From Pseudovirgaria hyperparasitica (Eukaryota): a stretch of 64,000 bases of DNA. A model generated the notes under the pieces. That model saw only the letters and a program-made list of their open reading frames with translations, made no database searches and was not told the origin of the DNA. Both the position numbers and the translations under genes were made by a program. The stretch is from NCBI GenBank assembly GCA_010093815.1, contig ML996575.1; one strand, written 5' to 3'. Within the stretch, counting starts at the first letter, position 1; each line of letters begins with the position of its first letter. Of this stretch, positions 25,418 to 38,419 are shown piece by piece.

Positions 25418-28400
25418 GTAGGGGATAACTTGGAATAACGAATTTATTGGCAATAATAATACGTTCCCTCTCTTCTTCTTCTTTTGTCGCTGCAAATATC
25501 GTGTGGAACGTGATGGGTTTTCGAGTTCGTCGTAAGGGATCTCAGGGGGTCGAATGTACTCGTGTCGCACAAGCCGAAATCAGTGGTAAATTGTTATTAC
25601 TCATTTTGGCATGAATTTATTCTTTAACATCACAATCGGTCCCTGTCCTTGATGATTACCTATCATCATGTACGGTAAACATTGCATATTCAGTCCCCCC
25701 TCCCCCACCCGTAAACGGTTTGCCTTTGAATTGTCGCACTCGATATTCCATAATCGGTCGATAAGGCAACACTCAATCCCAGCACCCGAACTTCAACGCA
25801 TTATCCATCCCCACACAGACCAGCTATCAATGCGGAGAGAGATAAAAAGCACGTTCCTTTCAGAACAGAACCGGCCTTCCCTAGCGAGACACACAATAAG
25901 ACCCGACCCCATGCAAGAAGAAACGATTCAAAGGGACCCCAAAATTCATCGCAAGTGATAAGAAACGCCTTTTCTGCACATGCCAGTTTTCACGAGCCTA
26001 GGCTCTAGATCTGAGCATGCCTGCACACTGAACAAGGGAATGCATTTCGCGATTCTGCCGGCCTGTGAACGTATGCAGGGGGCCATCGGGTGACGTAGGG
26101 ACAAGGACACACAGGGGGGAGTTAGCACGACGAATGGGAGACCTGAGTCGTAAAAGGTGATATGTGTGTGTGTGTGTCGATTGACGGGGGGAGAAAGGGG
26201 GCCACGCAGTGTAGTAGCCTCGTTCCTCTTCACCGTAGGATGCAGGATCCAGGCGTTTATGTCTTGGCTGTAGTCCTGACAGGCTGACAGCATGCTGACG
26301 GTCACGCACAGAGCATATGGCATTCTTTTCGCATCAAACATGTAGCGAGCAGCATCCCAAAACGAGAAATACGGCAAGATGGCCAGCATTTCACAGGCGT
26401 CATATTGCCCGGGACCCGGGCATATACTGAGAGGACCAGCCGGAACGCACCGAAAAACCAGTAATTTGCCGATTACGAGCCCTGTCCTGCCCTGTCCGCA
26501 TGATTCTGCACGCATACATACATACATACGCATGTCGTACATGCAGACGACGACAATTCCATCCGTGCTGCGAGCACGTCGATCAGGCGTGTTGCAAGTG
26601 TAGCCGGTCAGGGGTAATGCGAGCCGAGCCATGATGCACAGGAGCCTGGAGGCTGGACTGGACGCTTGATCTGGGGTGATGAAAAGCTGAGTGCGCGCAC
26701 GACAATAGCCCGAGGGCAAGTTAGGACTCGCCAAGGCAAATGAATGCCAGGACGCTCATTTGGTGGCCTGTATCCAGGGATATGGCCTGTTCAGACATGA
26801 CTCATGCATGGGTCCTGGCAAGCAGGCAAGCAAGCGATGCACACGTCGGTGGAATGTCCGAGCCATTCAGCTGGCCTGGGATAGACCTTGCGAAGGGGAA
26901 GTGCTGGAGAGAGGATGCAAATTGTGTCTAAAATACAGCACAACCGCTCGATCGGGTCCTGCATACGAGGCACCGGCAGGACACATACAGGTAATACAAC
27001 CATCAGGATCTCGATATATGCACGCTCCTGGCGCGTGTACCCAAAGGGGCAAATACAGATATGGGTCGTTAAAGGTAGAGAAGAGGACGATACATAGCCC
27101 TGGTAGGTTCTGCGGATACGGGCTGGGTGTTGCCGTCGCAAAGCTCCACTTGAACCATTCAAGTTGTAAGTGACTCAAGTATGCCCGGTGTGTGAGCAAG
27201 TAAAGCATGGGTGGAGAATGCGAAAGCTCAAGGATGACTTTCATGTGCTCTATGAACGGTGTGCTTGCACACAGGAACCTTCCTATATAGGTCTTGGCGA
27301 GATCGGGGTCTACCGATGGGTACGTGTTTGGATGGCGTATTAGACTTAGAACTTTTAAGTCGATATGGTGAAAGAGCATAATGGTATGAGTTAGATTGAT
27401 CCGGGAGCTGTAGATGCTGCCTAATTTCGTGCTTGATGTCATGTGGTCAAGAAACGTGAAATATTGTAGAGAAAAAGGAAGGACAGCGTGAAGAACGCCA
27501 CAGACCAAGTATTTTGACTGGTTGAAGTTGGGCTATTGGGTATAGTGAAGGTGTCGGGTGCCAATACCTAAGAGGATCATGGCGCAAAATCACCTACCCG
27601 ATGGCCAGTCGCGGACCCGTTTGATCATATGCGAATGAGGATATACATGGTTCCCAATAAAATAGCAAAGTTGCGTTTTTCATATGACGTATGCCTTGGC
27701 GGGGACGTGCCGGTCATGGTCCATCACAGATATATATTCCGATGTTTGTCCATAACCTCTTTCGGACAGTCCAAAGAGCTTGGAAGTAGTGGTCTTGGGT
27801 ATGGATGATCTTCGAAGCCTCCCTGGTGGATGGACTGTTCGTGGTTCTAGTGTCTTTCTAGTCAGGAACGATAGTCAAGTCGGACCGATTGCCTCGGGCA
27901 CGGGAGCGTGCGGGTGACATCTCTGCCACGTCTCATTTGAGCATGGGACTCTTCTACAGTTTGGTAAGCATATTCGGTGGCGTAATGGCAACTCAGGAAG
28001 AACTAGAGCGGAGCGAATGGGTAGTAATTATGGGCCTGGTTATTCGCATTGGCATCATCCAGTCTGCGGACGGTGCATCAGACCAGCGAACAAGCTTGAG
28101 CATACGGGTTGCGAATTTGCAAACCTTGACTCCAGGCAGCTCGCTTAACGACAGCCATCCTAAATTTGTACTGACTTTGCGCCGGCGTTTTGCACGGAAC
28201 AGGTGAACACAGTAGGAATGGTTTGGCAATAATGAAACGTGTTTCATGTTGTGAACTCCCTCTAGGTCGCCGGATCGGGAAATTTAGCTAGTTGAACGTC
28301 TCCGTGTCCGGTGCGGTACGGTAAAATGGAACTAGGGTTGTGGTAGGCCATGCGACTTGAGAATAGCCTCTGCATCCCAATCGGCGTGGCCGAATATGCA

Positions 28401-28700
28401 CACCAGACGATCAGCTCATCCCAGAGACATTTTGGATCTTGCGGGTACAGACACCCACGTAGAGGCTACGCCGTATAACGCGCGTAGCCCTGTCAGCCTT
28501 TACCTTCCTCTGACAGCCCCTCTTGCATGTGATAATTGACCAGGAACAATCCTCTTGACTGCACCGTCCTAATGAGCCAGTCAAAGTGTCGTAAAATGGC
28601 TTGCGTTGGTGGGACCTGGAGGAACATTTCGTCCGTGGTCATGCCACCACTTGCCCGATCGGACGTGGAACAACAATTCTGTCTGAACCCATGACCACGT

Positions 28701-29388
28701 CTACTCACAAGTCGCGAGCATTTTTCGCAAGACACCCATCAGCGTTCCATTCTCCAAAGCCGCTGCCACGCGCTCTTTGTCGCCTAATTGCTTGTTGACA
28801 GCTTCATCTGTGCTGTGCGTGCCTTTCTTAATCCGAACATCGACTCTGAAGCGTGGCGGTAGAGCCTGTTCCAGTCTCACACGAACGCCGAGTCCTATTA
28901 CCGTGGCAAGTGAACAATGTGTGATGGTTGGTGTGATTTCGACCGTGACGGTACTGATTAGAGATCTGGATGAGGTAGGAGGAGTGATGTGGATGTCAGG
29001 AAGATTCACGACAGCCAAGGAGCCGAGTGACAATGGATGCTCAGGATCTGATATAGTAGATATGAGGTCTACGATTGTGAATCAGCCGCTGGCGGTGGCA
29101 ATGTGCAGTCCACAATGGTAGACGCTACGACGAAGCTTGTCCTCGCTACAGATTGTACTGACCGTATATCTCTTGCTCGTCGATAGCTTCGGGGGAGTCT
29201 TCTTCTGAAGAAGTTGGAGATGGAGGAACATCGAACGGATCGCTCAAGTACGAGTAAGTAGGGACGAGGCCGTCAAACAGCCCTGTTCCTCCATCCTCGC
29301 GATTCGAAATCGCATCTCCTTTCCGACGCGAGGGTAGATCTGAAGGGTTTAAGATTGTGGGATTGGCATTGTCCTTGTTAGGATCCAT
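28701..29388 (-). CDS. CIA2: MIP18/FAM96 family cytosolic Fe-S assembly protein, 2 exons
   Basis: MDPNKDNANPTIL...IDEQEIY|DLISTISDPEHPLSLGSLAVV...TPTITHCSLATVIGLGVRVRL...VNKQLGDKERVAAALEN. Confidence 0.93.
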
Positions 29389-31085
29389 GTTGGGCGTTTG
29401 TGAGCGGTTCTTTGATCGTTGTATATTATCAACCCTCCGCTGGCCCTTCAGCGAACTTGAGAAAATCGCTGCCCCACCTTGCGCTATCTTATCTATCACG
29501 TGACCGAGACATTTCTCTCTCATGAACTATATCCCAGCACCATGGGACAGGTCTTGACAGATACATTCTGTCTCGATGCTCATTGCTAGTTTAAATCGTA
29601 TCCAGATATCATAGCAAGAGACGACTTACCAAGCTGATCTTATCCCATGCATTAGATTTTTGAATGCTTACCAGATTACCAAATTCGTTGACTGACGATG
29701 TCGTCCTAGCGACACACCTCGAAGGTCATACAAGGTGTTGACAGATTAGACCTGCCAGCTCCTAGTGTCAATGTTGTAGCCCATGTTCAAGGTGGAGTAA
29801 CGGAGTCCGGGGTACGCTACACGTGTGAGGACTGCTTGATTCATCATTCAAGAAGTTGTATCATCAAGCTCAATTCAATCTTTCCAGATTTTGAGTTTGA
29901 AATTTTGAACGGCTTGGGGAAAGTTTACGAGTGAACATGCCTGGTCCTAGAGGATGTCACTCGCTGCTTCGTAAATCTTGCTCGAGTAGGCCAGGGACTC
30001 CAACAGCTTGAATGATTACGATTGAACTTTCAGTATGGCGGGAATCGACGGATATTCGGCTACCCGACCAGTATGAAAATGGACCGAGATGGATGCTATA
30101 TGTCAGACGCATGGCCTCGCAACGTGAAGCGCCACGAGACGTTCTCTAGAGCTTCCATTTGCGGCTCTGAAGGAGCGGCTTCCACGATGTCGAATACATA
30201 CGAGGGGTCTATTGTGGCTGTTAGACCAGTCTGTTTCAGGGTTGCTGCAGGATGCTGGATGGCACATTTCGAGCATCTGGGCGCTTGACAGTCTGTCCGA
30301 CCGGCACTTTGTTCCACGGTTATGTGTACCCGTGAGCGAGGTATGGACCACCACCACGCAGGCATCGGCATGTGGCGCCCCACAGAGCGCTTTTGCATCA
30401 CGTCCTTTGGTCGTGCGACAGACTACTGCGTGCTATATACAGCGTTATGAATCGTGCTTTGGACGAATGATGTGCAAGCGAGACGACAATAGCCGCGGCC
30501 TATGCAGACAAGATGATCAATGATAGCAGCGATACCGCTATCAGTGGAAATGGAAGTACTACGGTACAGGAATAAGGTAGGATGATATTCTGGTGGAGTC
30601 GAATAATCTCGGGCAGACGGACGCGCGCCGTTCAGGTCCAACGGCTGGAGGCGCCGCTCCATCCACGCCCTTGAAGTCTGCCTGATGAGCAAGGAGTTCA
30701 CAGAGGCCATCACTTGGATGTTTGTAGTTCCACAACGACCACCAAACTGGACATTCTTGTGAGAGGCACTCTGTTCTCCTATTCTCTGACATGGCAAGGC
30801 CCAACCCTGGAAACCCATACGTGGAGTCATTAATTCGGTTTCGAGCAGTCGCGTAACTGAGCTGACGTAGGCACCACCACGCACGGCAGCATTGGTAGAT
30901 AGGCATGTGCATAGATGGCCAAAGGAAAGAGATTGGAATCGTAAGCGCTGTACTGACTCTGGAATGTGGACTTGCTCGATTGATTGCAAATGGAATTGGA
31001 TGTGACAGGGGAGGGTAGAGGGTGGACGTAACGTAAGGCGAGGCAAGGCAAAGCTATCACCATGTCTGTCCCACGGATGATGTTG

Positions 31086-31110
31086 ATGCTGCTGCTGCTG
31101 CTGCTGCTGC
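31086..31110. repeat. (CTG)n microsatellite
   Basis: gatgctgctgctgctgctgctgctgc seen directly. Confidence 0.85.
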
Positions 31111-32443
31111 CGCCATAAAGAATAAAATGCTTGTCGTACCAATAAGAATGCTCAAGACCAAAATGATGCATAATCAACACTGATAATACCCCAACAACAG
31201 TTTATAGACCGTGGTGATGCTTCAACAGTCGACGACACTTTCTGGCCCCTCTAGACTCTTGCCACCCCTCAACCTCAACCCACTCCCCCCCCCTCCCCCT
31301 CTCTCTTCTGATCATTCATTATTATCCACACAAACACCCATTACACATTCGCCATTTGCCATTCGCCCCACCCGCACTCCCACTGTTCTTACACAGCAGC
31401 CCAGTCGTCTTCCTTTTTGACGCCGCAGGGTCGCTGGGAGCAGGAAGCAGGTAGCAGGTTGGCAGCCGAAGTGGTCTGCTGCTCTGTGCATGACCCTGAC
31501 TCTTACCCCAAGACTAGCAAATATCATTCCAAGAAGTCCAACTAGAATTAACGTTGACTTTCTTTCCGCCGTCTCTCTTGTCGCGGATCACCATCCTGAG
31601 ACTGTTACGTTTGCCGATTCTGGAGACGGAGACGAGACGGAGAGGCTTGCAGCACGCACCACTCAGCAGGCCCAGCCCGAACTTGAAGTTCCAACTACTA
31701 CTAACTTACCACTATTCACTGCTATTACTACTACCAACACCACCACCACCACCCTCACCATCACCACAAAGAGGACCTCCACCAAGAAGACCATTACTAC
31801 TACCGTCTGGTCTTTATCCGTACCCGTAACTCTCCTGTCCTTTTCGAAACCTCACCTTCGCCCCTTCAAGACACAACGACCGCGACTACACCACGATCGT
31901 CCGGCCCGTCACCACCATCGTGGCATCGCCCTGCCAATTGCGCCTACACTCGGACACCTCTGCGCCATTCCCTCGGCGCCTCTTTTATAACGTTTCGGGC
32001 TTCTTACCATTCGCGCGGTTACTACTAACTACCCCCTTCGACTGTCTCCAATGCGCGCCGCTTGGATGTATTGTCGTTGCTGTTCGCACTCATCTGCTCT
32101 ACCTGGTACTACCACCGCTAGTACTGCTACTGCTATTATTACTACGAGGACCACTACCACGACTATCACGACCACTCCTCTCATTCCGACTATTATTACT
32201 TCTTCGACCTCTCCTTTTCGGACTTGGGCGGAGATATAAGCACTCCCGGCTCTTCCAACGTTTCCTTTGCTTCTCGGATCGGTCGTCTTTGCTCTTCTCG
32301 GTGTATCCTGGCCGATTGGCGCGCCCCGCCTTACTACACCACCGCCTCCACCACCTCGGACTCATTCCCTATTTCACCTTTCCACGCGAGACTGTATAGA
32401 GATCTCCGCTGTCTCTGCGTTAATTCCTTGCGCGAGAGCCGCC

Positions 32444-35400
32444 ATGACTGGGGAAGGCGTAAGGCGACCATTGCTGCCCCAGACTGCGCAAATGCAAAGC
32501 TTCTCGTTTGCGCCGCCTACCGCGGCTCCCCGCGAGAACCAGCGGAGTATGACATGGGTCTCCTGGTGAAGATCAATGCGTTTGCTGATTGTTTTTCCAT
32601 TTAGACTATGTCTTCGTTGACGAGCACAATCGACATAAACGACTAAAGGGTACGTTCCATGTCCAAATGTGTCGTGTGGCTGGTTGTGCTTTGCTGACTA
32701 TAGTCAAGTCATGCGTGCCTGTGAAGGATGTCGAAGAAGGAAGATCAAATGTGATGCAGCGACCACGAACTCATGGCCCTGTGCTGCCTGTATAAGATTA
32801 AAACTCAACTGTGTACCCCCAACCGTCAGTTACGATGGCAATGCTTCTCAATCGTTTGACCTTGACCAGAGCAATGAGTATCACTCGACATCAGCAGCTA
32901 TCACTATAGATAACTATCAAAGACCACCGCCCATACGGCAGATGAGTGGCGACTCGAGTCATCTACTTTCGCAGTCTGCTCCGACTTCGTATGCAGAATC
33001 TATGCGCATGTACCCGGCAACCCATTATGTCGACCCAGCAGCGCAAGACCTTCATTCTTACGGCTCTATGCAGCCTCCTCCAGTGCTCAATACAGATCTA
33101 AGCTACAAGTCAGGGCCTATCTACTCTGCCCATTCTCAAGCTCCAAATTTGGCGACCCCAAGTTCCGAGGCCCCGTGGCCACAAAACGATCAGTCTTCCA
33201 GTCTAGTCGAAGCCTTGGGAGAGTTGAAGATTGACCACACAGCCATAGGTAAGATGCCCGAATGTTTTGCCCCCTGCTTGCATTACTTAAATCGAATGTA
33301 GCTGGTTATATCACGAACCAAAAGAAGAGCCTTGCGGAGGCGCCGGCTGTCGAAGAATACGAATTCATTCTCCCACCTGTCACAGGTCCCGATCATACCG
33401 TTCGCATACCCCCAGAGATGATGCCATCAGATGCGCAAGCATTACATTACTTTGACTACTTCTTTGTGAACATCCATCCATACATCCCGGTCATCAGTCG
33501 AACTTATTTCTATCAACAATGGCAGAGCAATCGTGACTCGATCTCTCCATTAATGCTAGAGGCTATTTTTGCCTGCTCAAGCCTGATACTAGGGGAACGG
33601 CAACAAGGCAATAAGTGGCTAGCGCTTGCCTCTAGTGAGTCGCTCAGTGGACGTTGCACGATATGCAGACGCTAATGAAGCCTCAGAGCACGAAGAAAGC
33701 TTCAAAGATGTGCCTCGGTTGAGTACGATACAGGCTATGCTACTAATACTCAAGGCACGAGAGTCTGTACCAAAGCGAGGCTATTTCTATCGTTCGTGGG
33801 TCACCGTGCAAAGCTGTGTGCAAATGGCAAAAGAGCTAGACTTACAGGACCACTATGAGATCCATCAGCTTGGCAAGTCTTGCGGATCCACCGGAGCTGA
33901 CTGTATCACGAAGACAAGAGTCTGGCAAACACTTTATATTCTTGAGATAGTTGTTGGAGGCCCGCAAGGTGAGCATTGTACACGAAACGTGGCTGGGAGC
34001 CCTACTAATCAGCATCAAGGCCGAAACCCTCGCGACTTCGGCACGACGACCGACACGGTCAGTTTCGAAATCTGTCCAGTCATCCCAGGGCACGACGAGT
34101 CCGAGAGCCAAGTATCGAGGCACTTCACCTACTTCACACGGGTCATCAGGGAGGTTACTCGTACTACCATTCTGCACTTCAAGCTACGGAAGTTTCGAAA
34201 GGACTGGGCCAACGAACCAGAATTTCTGGCTCAGGGGCAAAATTACTTGGCATGGATGCGAGATCTACCGCAAGACCTCCAAGTAGGTCTCCCTCCGGAC
34301 GGGTCCCTACCTTGGATTCCCTCCCACTTCGTCGCCAACATTCATTGCTACTACTACCTCGCGATCATCATGCATAATCGTGTGCGGCTGCACCAAGTCA
34401 CGGACACGTTTGATGGAACTTGGAAACAGACGATGATGCAAGTCTACGATGCAGCAAAGAATATGTGTAGACTCCAAGAAGCCATAATCCACAACTTTGG
34501 CTTAACGGGGTTGTTCTTTATGCAGAGAGGTATCAGCTTTCACATCTATGCGGTCCTGACGTGCACGATGTTACACCTGGTGAGTGAAGTTTGAGATCGA
34601 GCGAGTCGAATGCTTACAAAATAGGTTGCGATTACCTCTCCTGATCCGGACATCAACGCCGATGCTCGTGATTTCTTTGTTAGACACATGCGTATACTCG
34701 AGCAAGTCACACCACACTGGCCAGTTCCAGAAATGCAAGAGCAAATTGCTGGACTACGGCAAGCATTTTCAGTGAACACAGACAAACCATTCGAGCTTAA
34801 GCCATCGTTCCCCTTTGGAAGTCCGATTTCACAAACAAATACAAGCCCTATCGAGCCGTTTAGATCTCGAGATCTTACGCACAACCCGTCACTAGAGCAA
34901 CCAGGTCAAGTCCACTACAACGCACAAATCCACCCTATCACTCCGCCGGTGTCCGCACACGACCACGACCCCAAGACTGACTCTCCCATAGCCCAGTCAT
35001 TGGTGATGATGGCACAAGGTCAAACGCCCCAACCAACCGTCTCGACGCCTATTCATCAAGTGCCTCAAGAGGCCGTGCAGTGGAATCCCAATAGAATTTT
35101 TGAGTAAGATGAATCCATGAGACTCAAGTAGCAAAGCACTAACATACATCGTAGTCAATGGAATGCAGCCTTTGGTACGCCCCCTCAAAGTACCTCTTCC
35201 CAACCGTCCCCTCCATTAAGACCACCACCACCAGGCTCGTTTGAGGTGCGAACTCCCCAAGACTCGCATCCTCCGGCATTTCCGCAAATCGCCAGTGTCT
35301 CACCCCAAGCTCATCCACCACCCAATGTGCAAGCTCAGCTTCCACCACCCGTCAGCTACGCAACCCAGTCATCTGCTTTTGTCACGCCAAGTATGTGGCA

Positions 35401-35518
35401 AGATGCGGTCGCAAGCTCCTTTCCTGATCTCAAGCGACGATGGGACTATAGCGGGAACCAAGGAGTTATTGACCACGGCAACATGTCGAAGCGTCAGCAG
35501 CGAGGAAACCATGGTTAA
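32444..35518 (+). CDS. Conserved fungal Zn(II)2Cys6 transcription factor with a fungal-specific TF (middle homology) domain, Prf-like, 8 exons
   Basis: Spliced ...YVFVDEHNRHKRLK|VMRACEGCRRRKIKCDAATTNSWPCAACIRLKLNC; FDYFFVNIHPYIPVI; PRLSTIQAMLLILKARE; WNPNRIFDQWNAAFG; ends ...RQQRGNHG*. All introns are GT-AG and restore the frame. Confidence 0.92.
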
Positions 35519-37017
35519 GCTACCAGGTCACTAAAGTCTTCATAAGCAAATGAGCGTCCGGTGATGTTAGTAAAGACACCGTTGGCTTTGAAAGCCGCGC
35601 TACCTGCAGGCTGTGGGACCAATATCGTCGACATATGACGGTTTCTGGTAGTGCGCATCCACTCCGGGTCTGTTTACTTTATATGCAAAATGATAATTGC
35701 GCACCTTGGACTTGAAAATCCCCGGGATAACCAACTCTTCCCGGGCGAATATGGGCAATATAGGATGACCACGAGATGACTCTTCAAGGCATGCCTCGAG
35801 CGAGCGCACCATAACGCACCAATGATCTCTGCTTGGAAAAAAACGCCAAACGTTGAGTGCATGCGTGGCGGGTCCTTCGCTGTCAGCCAAGCGGTTCGGC
35901 CTAGAGCCCAACACAGCGCGAACATGCTGGGCCGCGCGCTAAACCCAACCCTTTAGTTCCCCCCGTTCGACGCCACAAAGGCCCATCACACAACGAACGC
36001 CCCCCCCTCAAACTCCGTCCTTCTCCGCCGCCAAATCCATCACTACTACCATCTCCTTTGACATCCAACATCACAACAGTCACTTCGACCAACCGGATGA
36101 CACGAGCCCCTCAAAAAGCGCAATACTGCCGCAAATCTCACGACGATACGTACTACGCCCCCGCCTCCGGTCACGAAACACTGAAAGCGGCACAGTTACA
36201 CACTGTTTTGTCCCAACTTTCTCACTCTGCAATTCTCGCCCGTCCGTCGTCCTCCGACCCAAATTTTTTTGTATACCAAATCAAATGTTTTAACGCTTGT
36301 TGTGTACGACCATGTTTTAGCGACTCTTTTTCACGACCCGTCTTATCTTGCTCTTGTGCATCAATCAATTTTTTGTCTCACATCTGTACACTCGCTCGTC
36401 AGGGATAGCACTGTTCTCTTGTCTTGTCTGGGTGTCTGTCGATATATATCCATATATATATATATATGTTATCTGCTCTTGGTTGGTTAGCAAACCTGGT
36501 CTGGTCTGCGATCAGGGGCAAAGGAAAGGATATAAAAGGCAGGGTGTGCGAGAGTGTGTGTGCGATCTGACGCATCAAGAATCATATCTTATACCGATTT
36601 TCATGCGAGCTGTTAGCTTTTGCTGCTTGCTTGCTTGTTTGCTTGTGATGCTTTGATTGTGAGCTTGTTGGTTTTCTCCGGAGATGTCGTGTCGTGCTGT
36701 GCTGCTATGGTCGCGTCGTGACGTGTCATTTCGTGTGCCCCCTTTGTCGTCTTTCTTGGTTCACTGAGAGCTGAGAACTGATATGGAAGCATATATCAGC
36801 GCCTAATTACCCACACACATACACGCGTCTCCGTTATGTCGAACTAGATGTAAAAGGCTGAAAAGGGTAGAGACCTGTATTCCACCACCCCACCATTCTC
36901 CATCCTGCGAAGAATGAAACATGAGCGTGGGTTTCGATTTGTCTATTCGTTTGTTTATCTAGTTGTGTACCTGTACCACCACCTATTCCTATTGATTTCT
37001 TTCGGTGCATAGCTGTA

Positions 37018-37048
37018 ATGTATGTATGTATGTATGTATGTATGTATG
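37018..37048. repeat. (TATG)n microsatellite
   Basis: atgtatgtatgtatgtatgtatgtatgtatg seen directly. Confidence 0.9.
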
Positions 37049-38070
37049 CACGCAGGTATCCAGTCCATGCAAAAGTGCCCCAGAAACTTCCCGTGACCTG
37101 ACTCCCAAACTATTTCTAGTTGTGCTCTTGATCTTAGTCTTGCTATATACATGGTTATATATATATACCCCATCGCCCAGATGATACACGCTTTGGATGT
37201 ATAAAGGGATAAGTGGGAAAGTTGGGGGGGGGGGCGGTGCGGGAGAATATATGACATTTGAAAGGGTACGATATTGGGTATTGGGGGAAAAGGAGGAATT
37301 GTGATAGGCTGTGATAGGTATGGGGGCATGACATAACGTAGGAGAAAACAAGAAAAAGAAATAGTATGTACAACAAATCATATGGATTGGGAATTCGAGA
37401 AGGTGGGATGGATATGCGGGACATAAGGGGGAGGGGGAGGGGTATGTGGGTATAAGGTGCGGGAGGGGGTGCGAAGGTACATGGAGAATGTGGGGATTGT
37501 GGGAGATGGAATTTGTGATGATGTGACAAACCGTGTAAGAGAAGAAGAAGAGGTGTGTAATATTGACAGTTGAACGTAATGGGGTGTGTGTTGGGTGTAA
37601 GGAAAGAAGAAGAGTGTAATGTTGGGGAAAGGGGCACAGGAAGAGGGAGTCAGAAAAAAAAAGGGGTAGAAGGAAAAGATATATACAAAGAAAGGAAAAC
37701 CTCAAACCCTTCGATGCCGCCCCAATTTTACATCCTCCTCGTATGAATGTGTCTCCTCAAGTGTCTGTGACGCTTAGAATAGCCACCGCTTGGACTCCTG
37801 TCGTTGTCGTTTTTGTTGTTGTCATTATTGATGGGAGACGGCACACCACGATCCAGACCGCGCCTGTTTTTGTTATGCCCGAAATCGCCGAATTGAAGTA
37901 GGTGGACTGTGTCTTTGTCGTTGGTGTTGGTAGCGGGCTGTGTGGTGCCGAAGTCGTTGGCTTGGAGGAGAGGCGGGGCACTGGATGTTGTGGCGTGGGT
38001 TTCGGCGGGGGAGGGCGCGTTCTGTTGGTGCAGCGAAGGATGTTAGATTTGTGGAGAGGAGGGTGGGTGG

Positions 38071-38106
38071 TCTGAGGTTCGGGGGGCTGAGGTTCGGGGG
38101 GCTGAA
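38071..38106. repeat. 15-bp tandem repeat (CTGAGGTTCGGGGGG)x2 plus a partial copy
   Basis: ctgaggttcggggggctgaggttcggggggctgaa seen directly. Confidence 0.8.
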
Positions 38107-38266
38107 GATGGGGATGGGGAGGTTGGTGGGTTGGTGGTGCAAGACGGACGGTCGGGGAGGGAGGTGAGGTGAAGTTGGTCGGAGGGGGGGTGGAATCGGG
38201 ACGGGAGGGGAGGAAGGAGATAAGAAACTTAAAAGAAGGATGGAATGAAAGCAGAGAGACCAGTAA

Positions 38267-38315
38267 GCCAGAACGCCAGAACGCCAGAACGCCGGACGCC
38301 GGACGCCGGACGCCA
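38267..38315. repeat. Compound short tandem repeat (GCCAGAAC)x3 + (GCCGGAC)x3
   Basis: gccagaacgccagaacgccagaacgccggacgccggacgccggacgcca seen directly. Confidence 0.85.
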
Positions 38316-38419
38316 GGAAACAAAATGCTAGTGTGATGCATAGGAGGGAGGGGATTCATGTGAGGTGGACGGAGGAGGGAGAATGTAGTGTGTCCATGAA
38401 ACGTCGTAGCAAGACAGAT

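Noticed and set aside
25946..27508. Minus-strand ORFs of 262 and 213 aa
   Set aside because: Non-ATG starts, they run through microsatellites, and the composition is not protein-like with no recognisable motif.
30423..31180. ORFs with poly-Gln or poly-Ser
   Set aside because: The runs come from a (CTG)n microsatellite in a divergent promoter region; no other coding evidence.
36955..38359. Several 120-240 aa minus-strand ORFs rich in Pro/His/Phe
   Set aside because: Artefacts of extreme purine/pyrimidine strand bias, which suppresses stop codons.
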